Assembly (NCBI GenBank): GCA_030264375.1
Contig: JASCQW010000139.1
Coordinates: 6,529,654 to 6,593,653, forward strand
Source: Carcharhinus longimanus
Taxonomy: Eukaryota
Length of the DNA stretch: 64,000 nucleotides
Reading direction: 5' to 3'
In this document: positions 11,561-24,617 of the stretch, piece by piece
Layout of the letters: every line of letters starts with the position of its first letter
Position numbering within the stretch: position 1 is the first letter of the stretch
The notes under the pieces: model-generated
What the model was told of the DNA's origin: nothing
What the model saw: the letters and a program-made list of their open reading frames with translations, nothing else
Database searches by the model: none
Position numbers and translations under genes: made by a program

Positions 11561-12776
11561 ACCAAGTAACAATCTACTTGCTGCAAAGCAAGGACTCTGA
11601 TAACAGTCAACCCCTTACATCACTTGAAAGAGAGGAGGGTTGTAGTTTGCAGGGTTGATTTGTTCTGCTTTTTATAAAAACTCTTCCCCTGGCCCCTTCA
11701 AAATGAACACTGCTGGCAAGGCAAAAAGCCATTTGTTGAGCAACCTTTGCACCAAGTCAAACCTGCCCTTGCAGTTTCCTGTCCTAAAAAGAAACCCTGT
11801 GTATAGGGTCTCAATTTGCCTTCAAGATCACATTGATACCCACTAAAGGTTGGCCATCTAACTTGCTTTCCTATCCCATGTTAGTGGATATTGTAAAGGA
11901 TTTCTCCAGCTTGAATTACTCCTCCATTCCTCAAAAAACCCAACTTGGGAAAAGTGTGGAGAATGCATTCCAATCAGCATCTCCATTTCATTGATCTTAT
12001 ACAGCTGACCACAACCATTCAGCTTCAACAGCTCCCCTGTCCAGGGAGTAGGATCACCAGTGTGATTCACTGCCTGATCATAGTGGACGACCTCTGTCCA
12101 ATATTGATGATCTTGCATTTAAAACCTGGTATCCAGGAGGAACAGAACAAAAAAGATTTCATATTGTTTATAAAATGACAATAAAGGCTGACCCAGATTT
12201 AGTGAATGCTCAAGAATGCTACTCAGGATAAGTACCCAGTGGCACAAGACTAAAAAAGGTGAAAGAACATGCCCAAAATTCAAATGGTTGGGAATGAAAA
12301 TGGGTCTGACATACAGCCAAAAAAAACTTTCATTGGCACATATCTTATTCACAAATGGACAGGGTTATGATCTGAGGATAGATTGGAGCACAATAGTAGA
12401 CATCCACTGCCCAAGGAAAACATCTTGAAGGTTTTAGTGCAACTTAGATAAACTGCAAAGTTAGGAAACTACACCCAAATTAGTGCTAACTCCATGATAC
12501 AGTTCATAAATTCTCAAATGCAGGTTCAACTTAGCACTTTTCCTTCACCCCCAGTTTTAGTTAGGAGACAGCATGTGCAATATCCTATGGACTGAGAAAT
12601 CAACTAAGGGGATACAGGCATATTTGCTGAATCCAATGAAATCTTAGATACCAATGTCCCATGTGAACATCTTAATAGGATGTTTCTAACTGGAATTCCT
12701 TTTGTCCCCTCCCATTTATCAAAGTCATGATTCAAGTAGTAAAAAAATAGTCAGCAGAAATTCATAGTCCTGTTAT

Positions 12777-12835
12777 TTTATTTTCAATCTGTTTTCAAAT
12801 TGCACAAAACTGACAGGACAGTTTAATTCTTTATT
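12777..12835 (-). terminator. Candidate distal polyadenylation signals (AATAAA at 12830-12835 and 12777-12782)
   Basis: Two tttatt on +; TGTA just upstream of the first on the minus strand. Confidence 0.55.
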
Positions 12836-13273
12836 CTGTACACTCAAAGACAGTGACCTAACACACCACAATATCCAGCAAATGCAAGACCTTACTTAGC
12901 ACAGGGTTGGAAACACAGACTGGGTTCAGGGAGTTTGTCAAAACAATGGTCCCACATCAGCACTGTATATTAGGACAAGGGGCCATCTTGAACCATGAGA
13001 AAGGGTGAACAATTGTAGTAGAAACTTTAAAAACCTTGACATGGTTTTAAAGAGCCTGCATAGATTGGGAAGAGTCCAAGTTTCAAATCAATGAGTCAGG
13101 TGAACATTTATACCTTCAAACCTTTTTACAGAACTACTCAAATTTCCAACTTTCAGATCATGGTGTTGGGTGCACTGTGATTAGTGTTTTTGTTGCTTAA
13201 CATACCAGATAAGCAGCCAAGTCCTGTACTCAACTTTTATCATAACTTTTATGAATACAATGAGATTTACTGC

Positions 13274-13279
13274 TTTATT
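13274..13279 (-). terminator. Candidate proximal polyadenylation signal AATAAA
   Basis: Minus strand reads ctgtataaaAATAAAgc, with an upstream TGTA element. Confidence 0.55.
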
Positions 13280-13623
13280 TTTATACAGCCCACAAGCTGT
13301 TCACACAGTTGGGAGTTACTACATCAAAAGTATTGTCTCACTAGAGTGCAAATCTTTACAACAGACTGTATTGCAGGACATGAGCTCGCACCAAGAGCTT
13401 TAAATGCGACAACCATTCCCCTTCAAAGAAAATCACAATCTAATTAACATGGAATGTGAAGGATGAGTTAGACAGCTGTGATCCAAACATTCAGAACTAG
13501 AAAAAACAAAAAGACTGAAGTCCTTCATGACATACAATATAAAGAGCTTTGCTTTCTCTTCCCCACTGAGATGGAGGGAAACTGGCAGATGCTGAGCAGG
13601 TGGGTAACTTGGGAACTGGTGTC

Positions 13624-13745
13624 TTACATACTATACCCATATGTGCCAGGCTGAGTGTATGGTTGGGCACCATAACCATAGCCATAGGCTGCCTGTGGAG
13701 GGACGCTCACACTGGGTCCTGCTGTCAACATGAGCTGCGACTGAC
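13624..13745 (-). CDS. CLTC: CLTC last coding exon ([11 protein letters not shown]...YGYSM*)
   Basis: gtgcag acceptor; QLMLT motif; TAA at 13624-13626. Confidence 0.96.
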
Positions 13746-14544
13746 CTGCACAGGAGGAGACAATAATTAGTACATTTCCGGGTTGCGATGACAGCAAGTG
13801 CCCCAAGATATGGGCCATTTGAAACAGAACTTCAAGAGACAATCCGGAATGTGGATCTACAGTCTAATTGCAAAAAACAGGTGACCAGTAAAAGCATTTT
13901 ATCTATATCTACTTGCCACTGCATTCAGGCATTACCCCAACTTGAAAACCATAAAGGCCTGTTAGATTAAACAAATGGGTGGCAGTGTGCAGTTGAGACA
14001 ATTATGCCTGTTTGAACCGAAAGCATTTAGCAGTTCATGTGGGCTGACAGGTATCATGGTGGTAATTGCTTGCTCCCAAGTGGCATTAGTGCTTCAGTAC
14101 GAGTGATCTTTCACTGATGTGCAAAATGGACCAGATGACAAATTTCACTAGCATTTGAATTTAAAATTATGGGGCAAGCAATTTGAACTGAAACCCCAGT
14201 AGTAGTTACAGCTTGGTTCAGGAGGTCACTGAAGTGAAACCATGGGTTTAAATACAATGTGAAGTCCAAAATGCTGAACTGGTCAAAATGACAATCAGAT
14301 GCAGCGAAAGGGAAGTTTGTGACCTCCAGGTCAGACTAGACCTGTGCAGACAGTCTAAGTGCTTCTGCCTATGTGTTNNNNNNNNNNNNNNNNNNNNNNN
14401 NNNNNNNNNNNNNNNNNNNNNNNNNNNNNNNNNNNNNNNNNNNNNNNNNNNNNNNNNNNNNNNNNNNNNNNNNNNNNTTCATATTTCTTTAAAATCTGAC
14501 AATTGAGTCCAAAAAAAAAGCAAATACTATTCAACAATACAGAC

Positions 14545-14620
14545 CATAAACAATGGGTGTCGTCTCAGTTGCCTGTTCCTCCTCTTTCCTCAGTGATTCA
14601 GATATGTCCAATTTATCCAC
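14545..14620 (-). CDS. CLTC: CLTC penultimate exon (76 nt; VDKLDISES...TPIVYG)
   Basis: tttcag acceptor, gtctgt donor. Confidence 0.95.
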
Positions 14621-15854
14621 CTGAAAAAGGGCCAAACAATTACCAGTCACTTGTCTCACACTGGAAATGTTTCTGCTGGTCAGAAGGAAAAGCCTTAAAA
14701 TGCTTAAAATTGTTAGAAATTTCCAAAACAGGAAACAAGTGACCATTCAATGGATTGCAAAACAAACCACAACTCATTCAAATATCTAAAGTATGGCAAA
14801 GATGATATTTCTGCATTCAGCAACTTGCAAAATATTAAGCAAAGGCCACAATGTTGCATTCTGTACACCTATGGAAAAGTGTCTGAATTATGAAGATCGT
14901 TCATACACAATAGTAAACTGCAGAACATGCAGGGCTTTGGGGGGGTGGGGGGGGAAAGAGAGGAGTATATGAAGCTTCCACCCAATGCAACACAAGTACA
15001 ATTGAGGAACACATTGAGGTGTGGGGCAAATGTGCTGGATTACAGGGATGTGGTGGGACATGAGGGTTGGTGCAGACTTGGGACCAGAGGGCCTCCTCCT
15101 GTGCCATAGTGATTCTATGGACAGGGAGCAGGTTTTCCTGTTTTCACTGATTCTTGTGAAGCAGGTGGTGAGAAGGAAAACATGGATGCTGATACAATTT
15201 CAGTTTCAACAGCTTCTGGATTGGGAACATCAAGATCAAAGCTACAAAGCACCTATTGCTTTGATCAAGGGATGAGCCAGGATAATCTACCCAATTCCAC
15301 AAGAGGCCAACCACAATCTTTCCAAAGCAAGCTGGCTCTTTGAAGTAATGTTCCTGTGAAACCTGTGCAAAGTATCCACAAGACCTCCAATGAATGCTTA
15401 TAGCAGCATTCGATTACCTTCTTTGCAATCAAGTAGCTTTGTGTGAACAAGTCCCAGAGAACCAAGCATGGCAGCAAAAGAATCCATTTTGCCACATCAG
15501 CAAATCTCTACAGACAGAACCACAGGCACAATCCAGGAAGGATATCCAAGTAAAGATGCAGAATTTCAGATTTAAAACTACATTGACCTCTAATCTTGCT
15601 TCCTAAAGAAAATCTACTCAAATGTTGCTTTGTCAGACTGTAAACCCAAAGTGTTTTGTTAAATGTCAGGATAAAGGTAGATTTTGAGACTGCAGCTTTA
15701 AATTGAGTAAAACAGGCAGATGGCCTGTAGGAGTCACCCTGGCAGTTAAAGGGCTCAAGAGTTTGAGACACAAGGTATATTCTGACTGCTACCACCACAG
15801 ACCGAGTCTCTCAAAATCCCAAATGTTATAGATATTGGGTTGTAAGTTATCCAA

Positions 15855-15990
15855 GGATGTGCATGTTAGGTTGACCCTTAGTGTCAGGGGAACTAACAGG
15901 GTAAATACAGGGATAGAATGTGGAGATTGTGGTCAGTGCAGACTATGGAACAAATGGTCTCCTTCTGCACTATAGAGGGGGGGTTCTATA
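15855..15990 (+). mobile_element. HE1-type SINE 3' part
   Basis: gggagattgtggtcagtgcagact...ctccttctgcact tail. Confidence 0.65.
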
Positions 15991-18124
15991 CTTCCAAGAT
16001 GTAAGGAGTTGGGATCAAAGATCACTTTAGCATTATTACCTGGATACAAGGTTGGTGCACTTCAAAAATGCCATGGGGGGCAGGTACAAGCATCCATACA
16101 AATTACTAATGGCAGTTTGGGAGTGGTCTACAGTCAGAGACACAGCAGGGGACAGGCCAGTCTTGACATGGAGCAGCAAATGCTGACAAATTGCACAGTA
16201 CAAAAACAGGTGGAACTTGCACTTAGAAACCAAGTTGAGGGGATTTAAAAAAGGACACTGGAAGATTCACCCAGCTTAGGCTAGAGGAAAAGTATCCACT
16301 GTATAACCTTCAGTGGAAACCAGTTCTGTAATCAGTACCCAGCTGGGAAAGTTAGCAGAAGCAAGCCATTGGGAGCAGAGAATAGTGCACCTATTAGGCA
16401 AATGACAGGTCGTCAGGTTAGAGAAGTTAAATGGGGAAATTTAGTTTCTGGTTCAGTAAAAGTTGCCCACAAAAAAAGTTTAATAATGAGTCATTTGAAA
16501 GTTCTAATTAAATCTAGTTATTTTGCGTAGTCTAGAGAACAGAAGGGCCATGTTCATATTGCCCTAGTTCTTTACTCTGGTGGTCATTCATGTGACCACT
16601 CAGGTTTGATAACAGCAAGTTTAGTCATTACAGCAAAACCTATGGAATCCTATATACATTCCCAGTGTGGCTCAATCCATGCAAGTGCCCTGGTTAATGA
16701 CCTCTGGAGGGGAGGGAAAAGACCAATTTGAGCATTTCAAACAGCCAACTCGAGGACCTTACTACTCAGCAACTCTGCCTGCCATCACTTGAACAATAAA
16801 CAAGCTGTTTAATCCTCAAAGGTTCAAGCAGTGTTAACAGATTTCAAATGTACTATGCACTGCTCAAGCTGTTAGTAACAGAGCTTGGATCACCACAGGG
16901 TATAAAAATGATTAACTGTTGCATGCAATACCTGCACCTGGACTTCATCCATTGAATGGTCTCCTGCCCCCATGCTTGTTAATGTTAACAGATTACTGTA
17001 TTAGTCAGAGGTATGCAGAGAAAGTTAGCCAAAAGGCAGATCCAGAACAAGCTAAAATCAAAGGCTACTGGCATGGGGCAAAACTGGTATTACAGCAACC
17101 AAACTGGTTAATAAGCTAAGTGACTTTTTTTGCTCATCTTTCCCATAGCTTTGTATTTTTAAATAAAACTTATTCCTTTCCAAAAAAGTTTCACCACTAG
17201 AGCCCTGGGCAGAAGTCTGTTTGATCCTGAATTGTTTCAATGATCTGAAGCACAAAAAAATTGACCCTCTCCCCTGTAAAAATAAACCATGAACTCAAGA
17301 ATGAGGGGCAACTTTATTGGAACATGATTCTCAGGGTAGATGTTGGAGGTTGTTCCCTCTTGAAGGGTCTAAGAGGGAATAAGGAGTCACCCATTAAAAG
17401 AAATGTCTTCATGAGGATAGTGAAACTGGAATCCTTTACCATAGGTATGGAGGCAGCTGAAACAGGTCAATTAGTAAGAGAATCAAGGGTTTGGGGATAA
17501 GGCTGGAAAGTGGAGTGGGGGAAATCAGATCAGTCATGGTCCCATTTGACTGGCAGAACAGGCTTGGTGGGTTGAATGACCTACTGCTCCACGTATTTGG
17601 TCTATGATCTTGAAAACAAATGTACTCAAATTGTGCAAAGTCTCAACATTGCTCGTGACATAGAAGCATTTGATTGACCCCATAAATTTTTTTTAGAAAT
17701 CTTGCTGTTCAGACCAATAACTGACAAGATTTAAAATATGATCAAGTTTAAAAACCACAAAGAACCAAGCACCAATGCAAACACAAGGGTCAAACCCCAA
17801 GACAAAAAAAATCCAAACCCAATTTGAAACAAAATAATTTCAAATGAAATCTTAAATTGGATTAGGAAGCATTTGTTTATTAACATGCCCTGGATTATAG
17901 CTTTAATGGGAATATATTTCATGGCAACCTGAGGCGACAGTAGATTCTTGTTAAAATTGACACCAATAGTTTATGAACTTCAGCCTGTGTCAGGATTCTG
18001 ACGAGAGTTCTTGCATATATTGTGTCAGTCTGTGTTCTGTCCTATTTAACTGCATTAGTGTAGATGTACTTATGGTAAATTTAATCTTAAAATGGGCATC
18101 AAGTGCACATTTGGTCAGTGAGTT

Positions 18125-18355
18125 CCAGGTGGCTCAGTGGTTAGCACTGCTGCCTCAACTCCTGGGACCCAGGTTTGATTCCCAGCTTGGGTCACACTGA
18201 TCGTGAGGAGTCTGCACGGGTTTCCTCTCGGTGCTCCCGTTTCCTCCCACAGTCTAAGACATGCCAGTTATGTGCATTGACCTGAACAGATGGAGTGTGA
18301 CAGCTAAGGGAATTTCATAGTAACTATTGCACTGTTAAAGCCTTCGACTAAAGTC
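18125..18355 (+). mobile_element. V-SINE (same tail type as 6095-6324)
   Basis: ggtggctcagtggttagcactgctgcctc head; gggaatttcatagtaact tail. Confidence 0.75.
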
Positions 18356-19737
18356 AAATTTTATATTCCACCCCCCAGTGCCTTCTATAGGCAACTCAAA
18401 ACTAATGCCCAAGTGAGGCCTCATTAGCTAGCAACTCCAATGAAGCCAATAATGCCACAAACATGGGAGAATGAACTGCTGTTAGTAAATTTCACCCAAA
18501 TCTCAGTATGCCTAATCATTTGGGGCACATTCCTCAAAGAATATTAGCATCTTTTAAAAGTATGCAAAAATCTACCCTGAAACTGAAACTTTATTGGACA
18601 GTACTTTGCCCAAGAGAATATTTTGTACACATCCAAACAGCCACAAGACCAGAGGAAGCACAAAATTACAAGCATCAACTCCTTGTGGGACTGGAATAAA
18701 ATTAGTTTTAAACTGATCTGCATGAAAAACAGTTTCAAATTCTTCACATACCCCTTTGTTAATAGCAGTTAGTAAGAGAATGCAGAACAGTAACTGCAGC
18801 ACAAAGGCTTTTCCACAAACTACAGCCAGCAAACTGCAGTTTTGGTCAAGAAAAACATGCTGATGTTTATTTTTAGCATTTGTGTGCATGAAAAAGAGGC
18901 AAAAGTACTGAAGCAAAAAAAATGGACCCCTGAGATGGTTCTGCCAAACAGGCTCTTTGAAAGCACACACTCAGCCAAGCAGAAATGCTTCATGGCCTCA
19001 AACGTGATTTCCCCTTGCAAATGGAGTTGCACATGCTCAAGTGTAAACAAACAGTTCCATTACCCATTTTTCACACACACTAGCTGGGAGGGGGCTACTG
19101 AATGGCCGTACCCACAACACTGCTGCACACTTGTCCCAAGAGTCCCTGTGGAAATATTTTCACTGAGCGCCACTTGGCTGTGACAAGTTAAACCCCTTAA
19201 TGTTGCATTAAATTCCAGCTGATTCATCTTAACTTGGGGGCATTAGATGTTAACATGGAAAGGCACCTGAGATAAAAGAGGGCTTTTCATCCTTGTAACA
19301 GTTGGCAAAAGCCAACATTGAGCAATGAGGCACCACAGGGACTAACTTCATGAGAAACAGTGTGGGGAACAGGTCCCATCATGAAACCCCTCAAGCTGCC
19401 TCATGTCTGTCAGAAATTATTAACAGAACGAGTTCATAAGCTGGTTCACAATCCTCTGGAAGAGGCAAGGTGGTTGCATCTTATCACCACAAGATTTGAA
19501 ATACTCACATTGGAAACTTTCACTATTTAAAGTTTAGGTCCAGTTTTAAGTTCTAAAAAAAGGCAGGGATTGTGAACCAGTCACCATATGACCACCTGCC
19601 CATTTCTGCCAATGACTCAAAAAAGTCACTGAAGGTCCTCACTAAACAGTTTCAACTGCTCTAACTCTGCTCGCAAGGATTTGCGGTGGATCTAGTGGAA
19701 TTAAAAAGCAGCAGTGTAAGATGGGAAGGAAACAATT

Positions 19738-19743
19738 CATGCA
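19738..19743 (-). promoter_or_regulatory. TGCATG (RBFOX-type) element about 55 nt downstream of the 21-nt microexon
   Basis: catgca on +; downstream position typical of RBFOX-enhanced exons. Confidence 0.5.
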
Positions 19744-19798
19744 GATATCCTGAGTTTCAGTCTCCAGAACTAAAGATGGAAAATGAGTCAACTTTCAC

Positions 19799-19819
19799 CT
19801 TTTTCTTTATTTCATCAAC
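19799..19819 (-). CDS. CLTC: 21-nt alternative microexon VDEIKKK (homolog of the mammalian muscle-included 7-aa CLTC exon)
   Basis: Minus strand reads ttctaagctgctaccctctgaattcccttgcag|GTT GAT GAA ATA AAG AAA AAG|gtgaaa; same position and length as the mammalian 21-nt exon (recalled as VDAIKEK). Confidence 0.85.
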
Positions 19820-22041
19820 CTGCAAGGGAATTCAGAGGGTAGCAGCTTAGAATCCAAACTCATCCAGCACAATAAAGCAGGTAGAAAACAGCAACAGAAA
19901 GGAGCAAAGTCAAGGAAAACCCAGAACAGGGAGATGGGAAGGGGAAGGAAGAAAGAACAGTAAATAGCAGCATTGTGTACTACAAAACATCAGGAAGGAC
20001 AAATATACAGATGAATAATGGCAGAATAAAATTGATCAAACTCACTCAACAACCACCTTGCTGGGATTAATTTTGACTAAGCAACAACCTATTCCAAAGT
20101 CAGACTCCACTAAATCCATGCAGCTTCTAAGGCTTCAGTACCCTATACCCAACTCTAACTATTCCCAAACCTCCACATTTGATGTTGCCATTTCCCCAAA
20201 CTAGACGGCAAGTCACACGAGATGCAATTAACCATTAAACTTCAAGGATAAAATCTTTGCTTCAAGATGAAGCAGAAAGCAAGCCCTGCTCATCCCCACT
20301 ATACTCCATAGAAGTGTCGCCCCAAGACAAATTTCCATTACTTAGCTGAAGAAAACTAGCCAACCTATGGCTGCATGGAATTTAAATTTACACTGGCTGC
20401 ATCAAGTTGGATTCCATACCAAGTTTTATTATGCCATTCATCTGCAAGCAAAGAACTTGCAACAGGTACAGAAAAACAATTAAATATCAAAATAAGACAC
20501 TGCAAGCATATTAAGAGGATCACAACTCTTGCACAGGAAAGTTTGGCCAGGAATGCAAGGTCATTAGATAAGGCATTAATGTAAACAAAGTGCTGCAGGT
20601 GTGGGTAGGGGGAACTGGATAAGTGTTAGCCACCTCAAGTTTGCCGTCACAATTTCAGCAGCTTCAGCATCTGATGTGATTCAAATCAAGAATTGCTATT
20701 CAAATCAAGTTTTGTACAGCAAGGACTAGAGAGAATGCCCACAATCAAATGCCCATGTCTGGGGATATGCACCAACATTCGTGCTGTGTAACAGTTGACA
20801 ATTCCAAAACCTCAAATTAGAGGCAACCCACTTATGGAATCCCATTCCATACAGCATTCAAGTAGTTAAATTATCACTTAAAGAACCATCAAAACTATAG
20901 CATAATTCTTGTCACATCCAAAAAAAGCACAAGTTATGGCAAGACACCCAATACAAGACTGAGAGCCAAGTCTTAGTTAAGCTAGTCAAACTTAGTTTAA
21001 CATTACCAAGTAAAACGAATGCCCTTCTACAGCAGGGAGTGTAACATCAGTGCACTGTTCAAAGTAGGACAGGAAAAATATAAAGGATAACAACTCCAAC
21101 AAGGGGACCTAGCAGAATTCCTTGAACAAGTTTTTGGTTTAGTTCTGCAAGCGAAAAAAATCTGCTGAGTCTCCAGTTATTGCTCAGTTTAATGCCAAAG
21201 GTATGTCATTGGAGTTATGCCAAGACAAACTCATTTATAACAGCTTTATAGTACTGTAGTATTACTTCATTAGGACAGGTCTGCCATTAAGCCAGCATTG
21301 ATTTTTAATTTTTAAAAATGTCCATCTGCAATCTTAGTTTAGGATCAGTTTTAAAAAGAGTCTGCACTGCAATGCATTCCAAAGGATGTTTAAACTGGAG
21401 ACCAGATTTAAGACTGATTTTTCAAACCAAAGAGGAGCTGCAATGCAACAATCTCAATTAGTACAATTTATGGCAGAGTTCAAGTGTTTAAGTGAAATGG
21501 AACAGGTTGTGCCAGTCTACAAGGGGTGGTTGGGCAAACTCAGCCACATTTGCAATGCAGCAAAGTCAAAATCTGAACTATTAAATGGTTTGATTAAGAG
21601 CTCTAAATATTTATCCTAGAATGGATGGTCAGAAGAACAGATATTTAGAATGATAGTTAGGAAAACATTTTTAGAATGAGAATGGGGAAACATGAGTACC
21701 AGAATTGGTTAATCTAGGTTAAATCAGTATTTTACTCTAGATGACAGGACCCAGACAACACAAATTTTACTAGGCCTGATAGCCTAGGATCAGCCATGAT
21801 TCAAGTCATTAGGTTGACTCGACTAGCAAAACAGCACAATTTTAGATCTGCTGAAAATTTGCTATGTACTGTAGGGTTCAAAACAATTCTAATCTCCATT
21901 GTAAACCTCACCAGAAATCATTTGACAATTTTGCAGTATAGTCATTATATCTCAAAACATGAGAACACTTCAAACACAAGCTGTTGAGTGCCTTGGAGCT
22001 ACACCAACCTCCTTCAAGCTCACTTGTGTACTGTCACATAC

Positions 22042-22263
22042 CTTTGTGAGATACTCCCTCATCACCTGGATGAAGTATGGCATAGAGAAATCCATTATGT
22101 TGTGCCTCCAAGAAAGCTCAAGCACAACATCTGGCCTCAGCAGGTCATAACAAGTAAATAGACAGGAAGCAAAGCACTCATTCTTCCCATCCTCAAGGAA
22201 CCACTGCAGCAATTCCTCTGCTAGCTCAGTATCCTTGGACTCCGATGCATATTGCATAGCATC
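22042..22263 (-). CDS. CLTC: CLTC exon 30 (222 nt; DAMQYASES...EYLTK), trimerization domain
   Basis: ttccag acceptor, gtatgt donor. Confidence 0.96.
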
Positions 22264-22919
22264 CTGGAAAATTGAACATAAGAGTACATTAACTTACTTG
22301 TGCAAGTACCACTGCAGTAACCAGACTGGCTTTAAAATTTACAACTGTCTGACCAAGAGCTACTCTCTAGGAGTACCCATCCCAAAGTTCAGTGAAGAAT
22401 GCATGCTGGAGTATTCCATATTACAAGGATGGGCACTAAGTGCAGAGTCAATCTACATGCATAGTTCACTCTTGAAAGCAATGTTGATGTTCCTCTGGTA
22501 ATCCTTGAACCCTCCATTTCAAGGTCAGTCTCATGGCAAGGTGGCCAGAACCAAGCATTGCACAAAGTACAAGTACTCTGGATTTATGTTCATATTCTCT
22601 GGGCCCCTCAAGTCACCCTATGCCATTCCAGTGTCTAGATTAAAAATGTGATAATACTTCTAAAATACAAATGCAATAATTTGCTGTAACTACAGTTTAG
22701 AGTGTCAAATAATGACAAGCTTGCATGCAGATTCCAGAGCATTAGCATTTTAGGTTTGATGGGACTTCAAGGTGACTGAAGGTATAAACTATTTAATCTT
22801 CAGTCATGTGGGACAAGTGAATAGGAGTCTGTTACACTGCTTTGAAAGTCTGACTGTCAGGTACTCCAACTCTGAGCTCAACCCCAGTGAGAAAAGCAAT
22901 CTTGGTGATACTTCCATCA

Positions 22920-23132
<213 letters not shown>

Positions 23133-23521
23133 CTAAGTATAAAGGACATTTGTTTAACTTACAGTACAGGTAGACAAACACCTATATACAAACCACAAGA
23201 ACCAGAACTGACCAGATGAACTATTGGTGGTAACTTGGGCCAAAAAGATAATCAAAAATGCATTATGATATTCATTCTTAATATAGTATGGCATGGACTC
23301 TTAACTGGTTACCTCCACTACAAACTCCCTTGTGGTAAGACTGGACCTGGAAAACCCTTACTGTCAGTCACAATACTCACTATATTACATGAAGATGCTT
23401 ACTATAATGCTAACAATAGGGTACAGTGGACACTACTAGTCTATCAAAGTGCAACTTCAGGATATAACACAACAATGATAACAGCTGCTCATTGAGCACC
23501 TTCCATTCAAGTTTCACCTAC

Positions 23522-23632
23522 CTGGTAGTCCTCCTCCTGGATGAACAGGTTATTCAATGACTCATTCACAGACTTGTTGTTGTTGCTTTGTACAGAACGC
23601 AGATAGGGTTTGACCAGATTCAGCTGCTTCAC
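23522..23632 (-). CDS. CLTC: CLTC exon 28 (111 nt; [10 protein letters not shown]...EEDYQ), absent from ORF track
   Basis: Manual translation; tttcag acceptor, gtaggt donor. Confidence 0.96.
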
Positions 23633-24274
23633 CTGAAAAAACAAGAAATGGTTTGCAACTACCCTATTGCTTAAAAGTCAAAACAGGAACAGATGCTCCA
23701 AAATAAATTTGATATCAGGTTAGAGTTGTCTGTTCATGAGAAATCATAAGCACCACTGCAATGCCAAATAGAATTTGTCATCTTTCATTCCTCATCCTGC
23801 AGTATAAATATCTTCCACTGTCTTTGACAGTGTCTCTGGACTCAAAATATTGGCTCTTTATATAGATGCTGCCAGACCTGCTGAGATTTTCCAGCATTTT
23901 CTTCTGTGGTTTGTGCACCACAGGTTCAAGATCAGCAACTTAGGTCCATCTTCAAAACACTAACTACTTCTTGAAAGTTAACTGAGCACATCTCAGTTTT
24001 GTTATTCTAGATGTTACTGTTGCCAGTCCCAATTTCACCCATACATTTCCACTACTGGGATATCCATACTCACCTCACTGGCAGGATAAGAGTTTACACA
24101 TCAAGCCATTTAAGACTAGCAAGTCCCACCTATCATTCTTTGAACAGTAAGGATAAACACTTGCCCATGAGAGATGGGCAGAGGGAACTGACAATGGAGG
24201 AAACAGGACCAGGCTAAGGCAAGACAGCCCCCATAAGGCCAAAGCTTGCTTGCACTAACAGCTGTAGAACAGGA

Positions 24275-24515
24275 CCCTGGATCCCTACAGTGCAGGTGGC
24301 AGCCATTTGGCCCATCAAGCCTGCACTGAACAATCCCACCCAAGTGCTATCCATGTAACCCCACATTTACCCTGCTAATCCTCTTGGGGGAATAATTGCA
24401 TATCAACCTAACCCCCATGAACTGTGAAGGGGAAACATGCAGCTAGGGACAATATGCAAACTCTCCAGTATTTAACTGGGTTTGCTGGCACTGAGGCAGG
24501 TAGTGCTAGCCACTT
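24275..24515 (-). mobile_element. HE1-type SINE, decayed
   Basis: atccctacagtgcag...cactgaggcag..agtgctagccac is the reverse complement of the HE1 tail and head. Confidence 0.7.
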
Positions 24516-24617
24516 GACAGGGATGCAGGGTTCCCCTTTCCTTTAGTTTCTCAGCATTTCCTTTCAGGTTTCTAGTATGGTAGTATTTTGCAATTTATTT
24601 GCATCAAACTGAAGTAC

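Larger units (their letters stand above)
12760..13623 (-). other. CLTC: Probable CLTC 3' UTR (distal end approximate)
   Basis: Repeat-free AT-rich sequence after the stop codon with three AATAAA hexamers on the minus strand. Confidence 0.65.

Noticed and set aside
18572-19183. Overlapping 113-132 aa ORFs in intron 30
   Set aside because: No recognisable domain or convincing splice pair; consistent with chance ORFs
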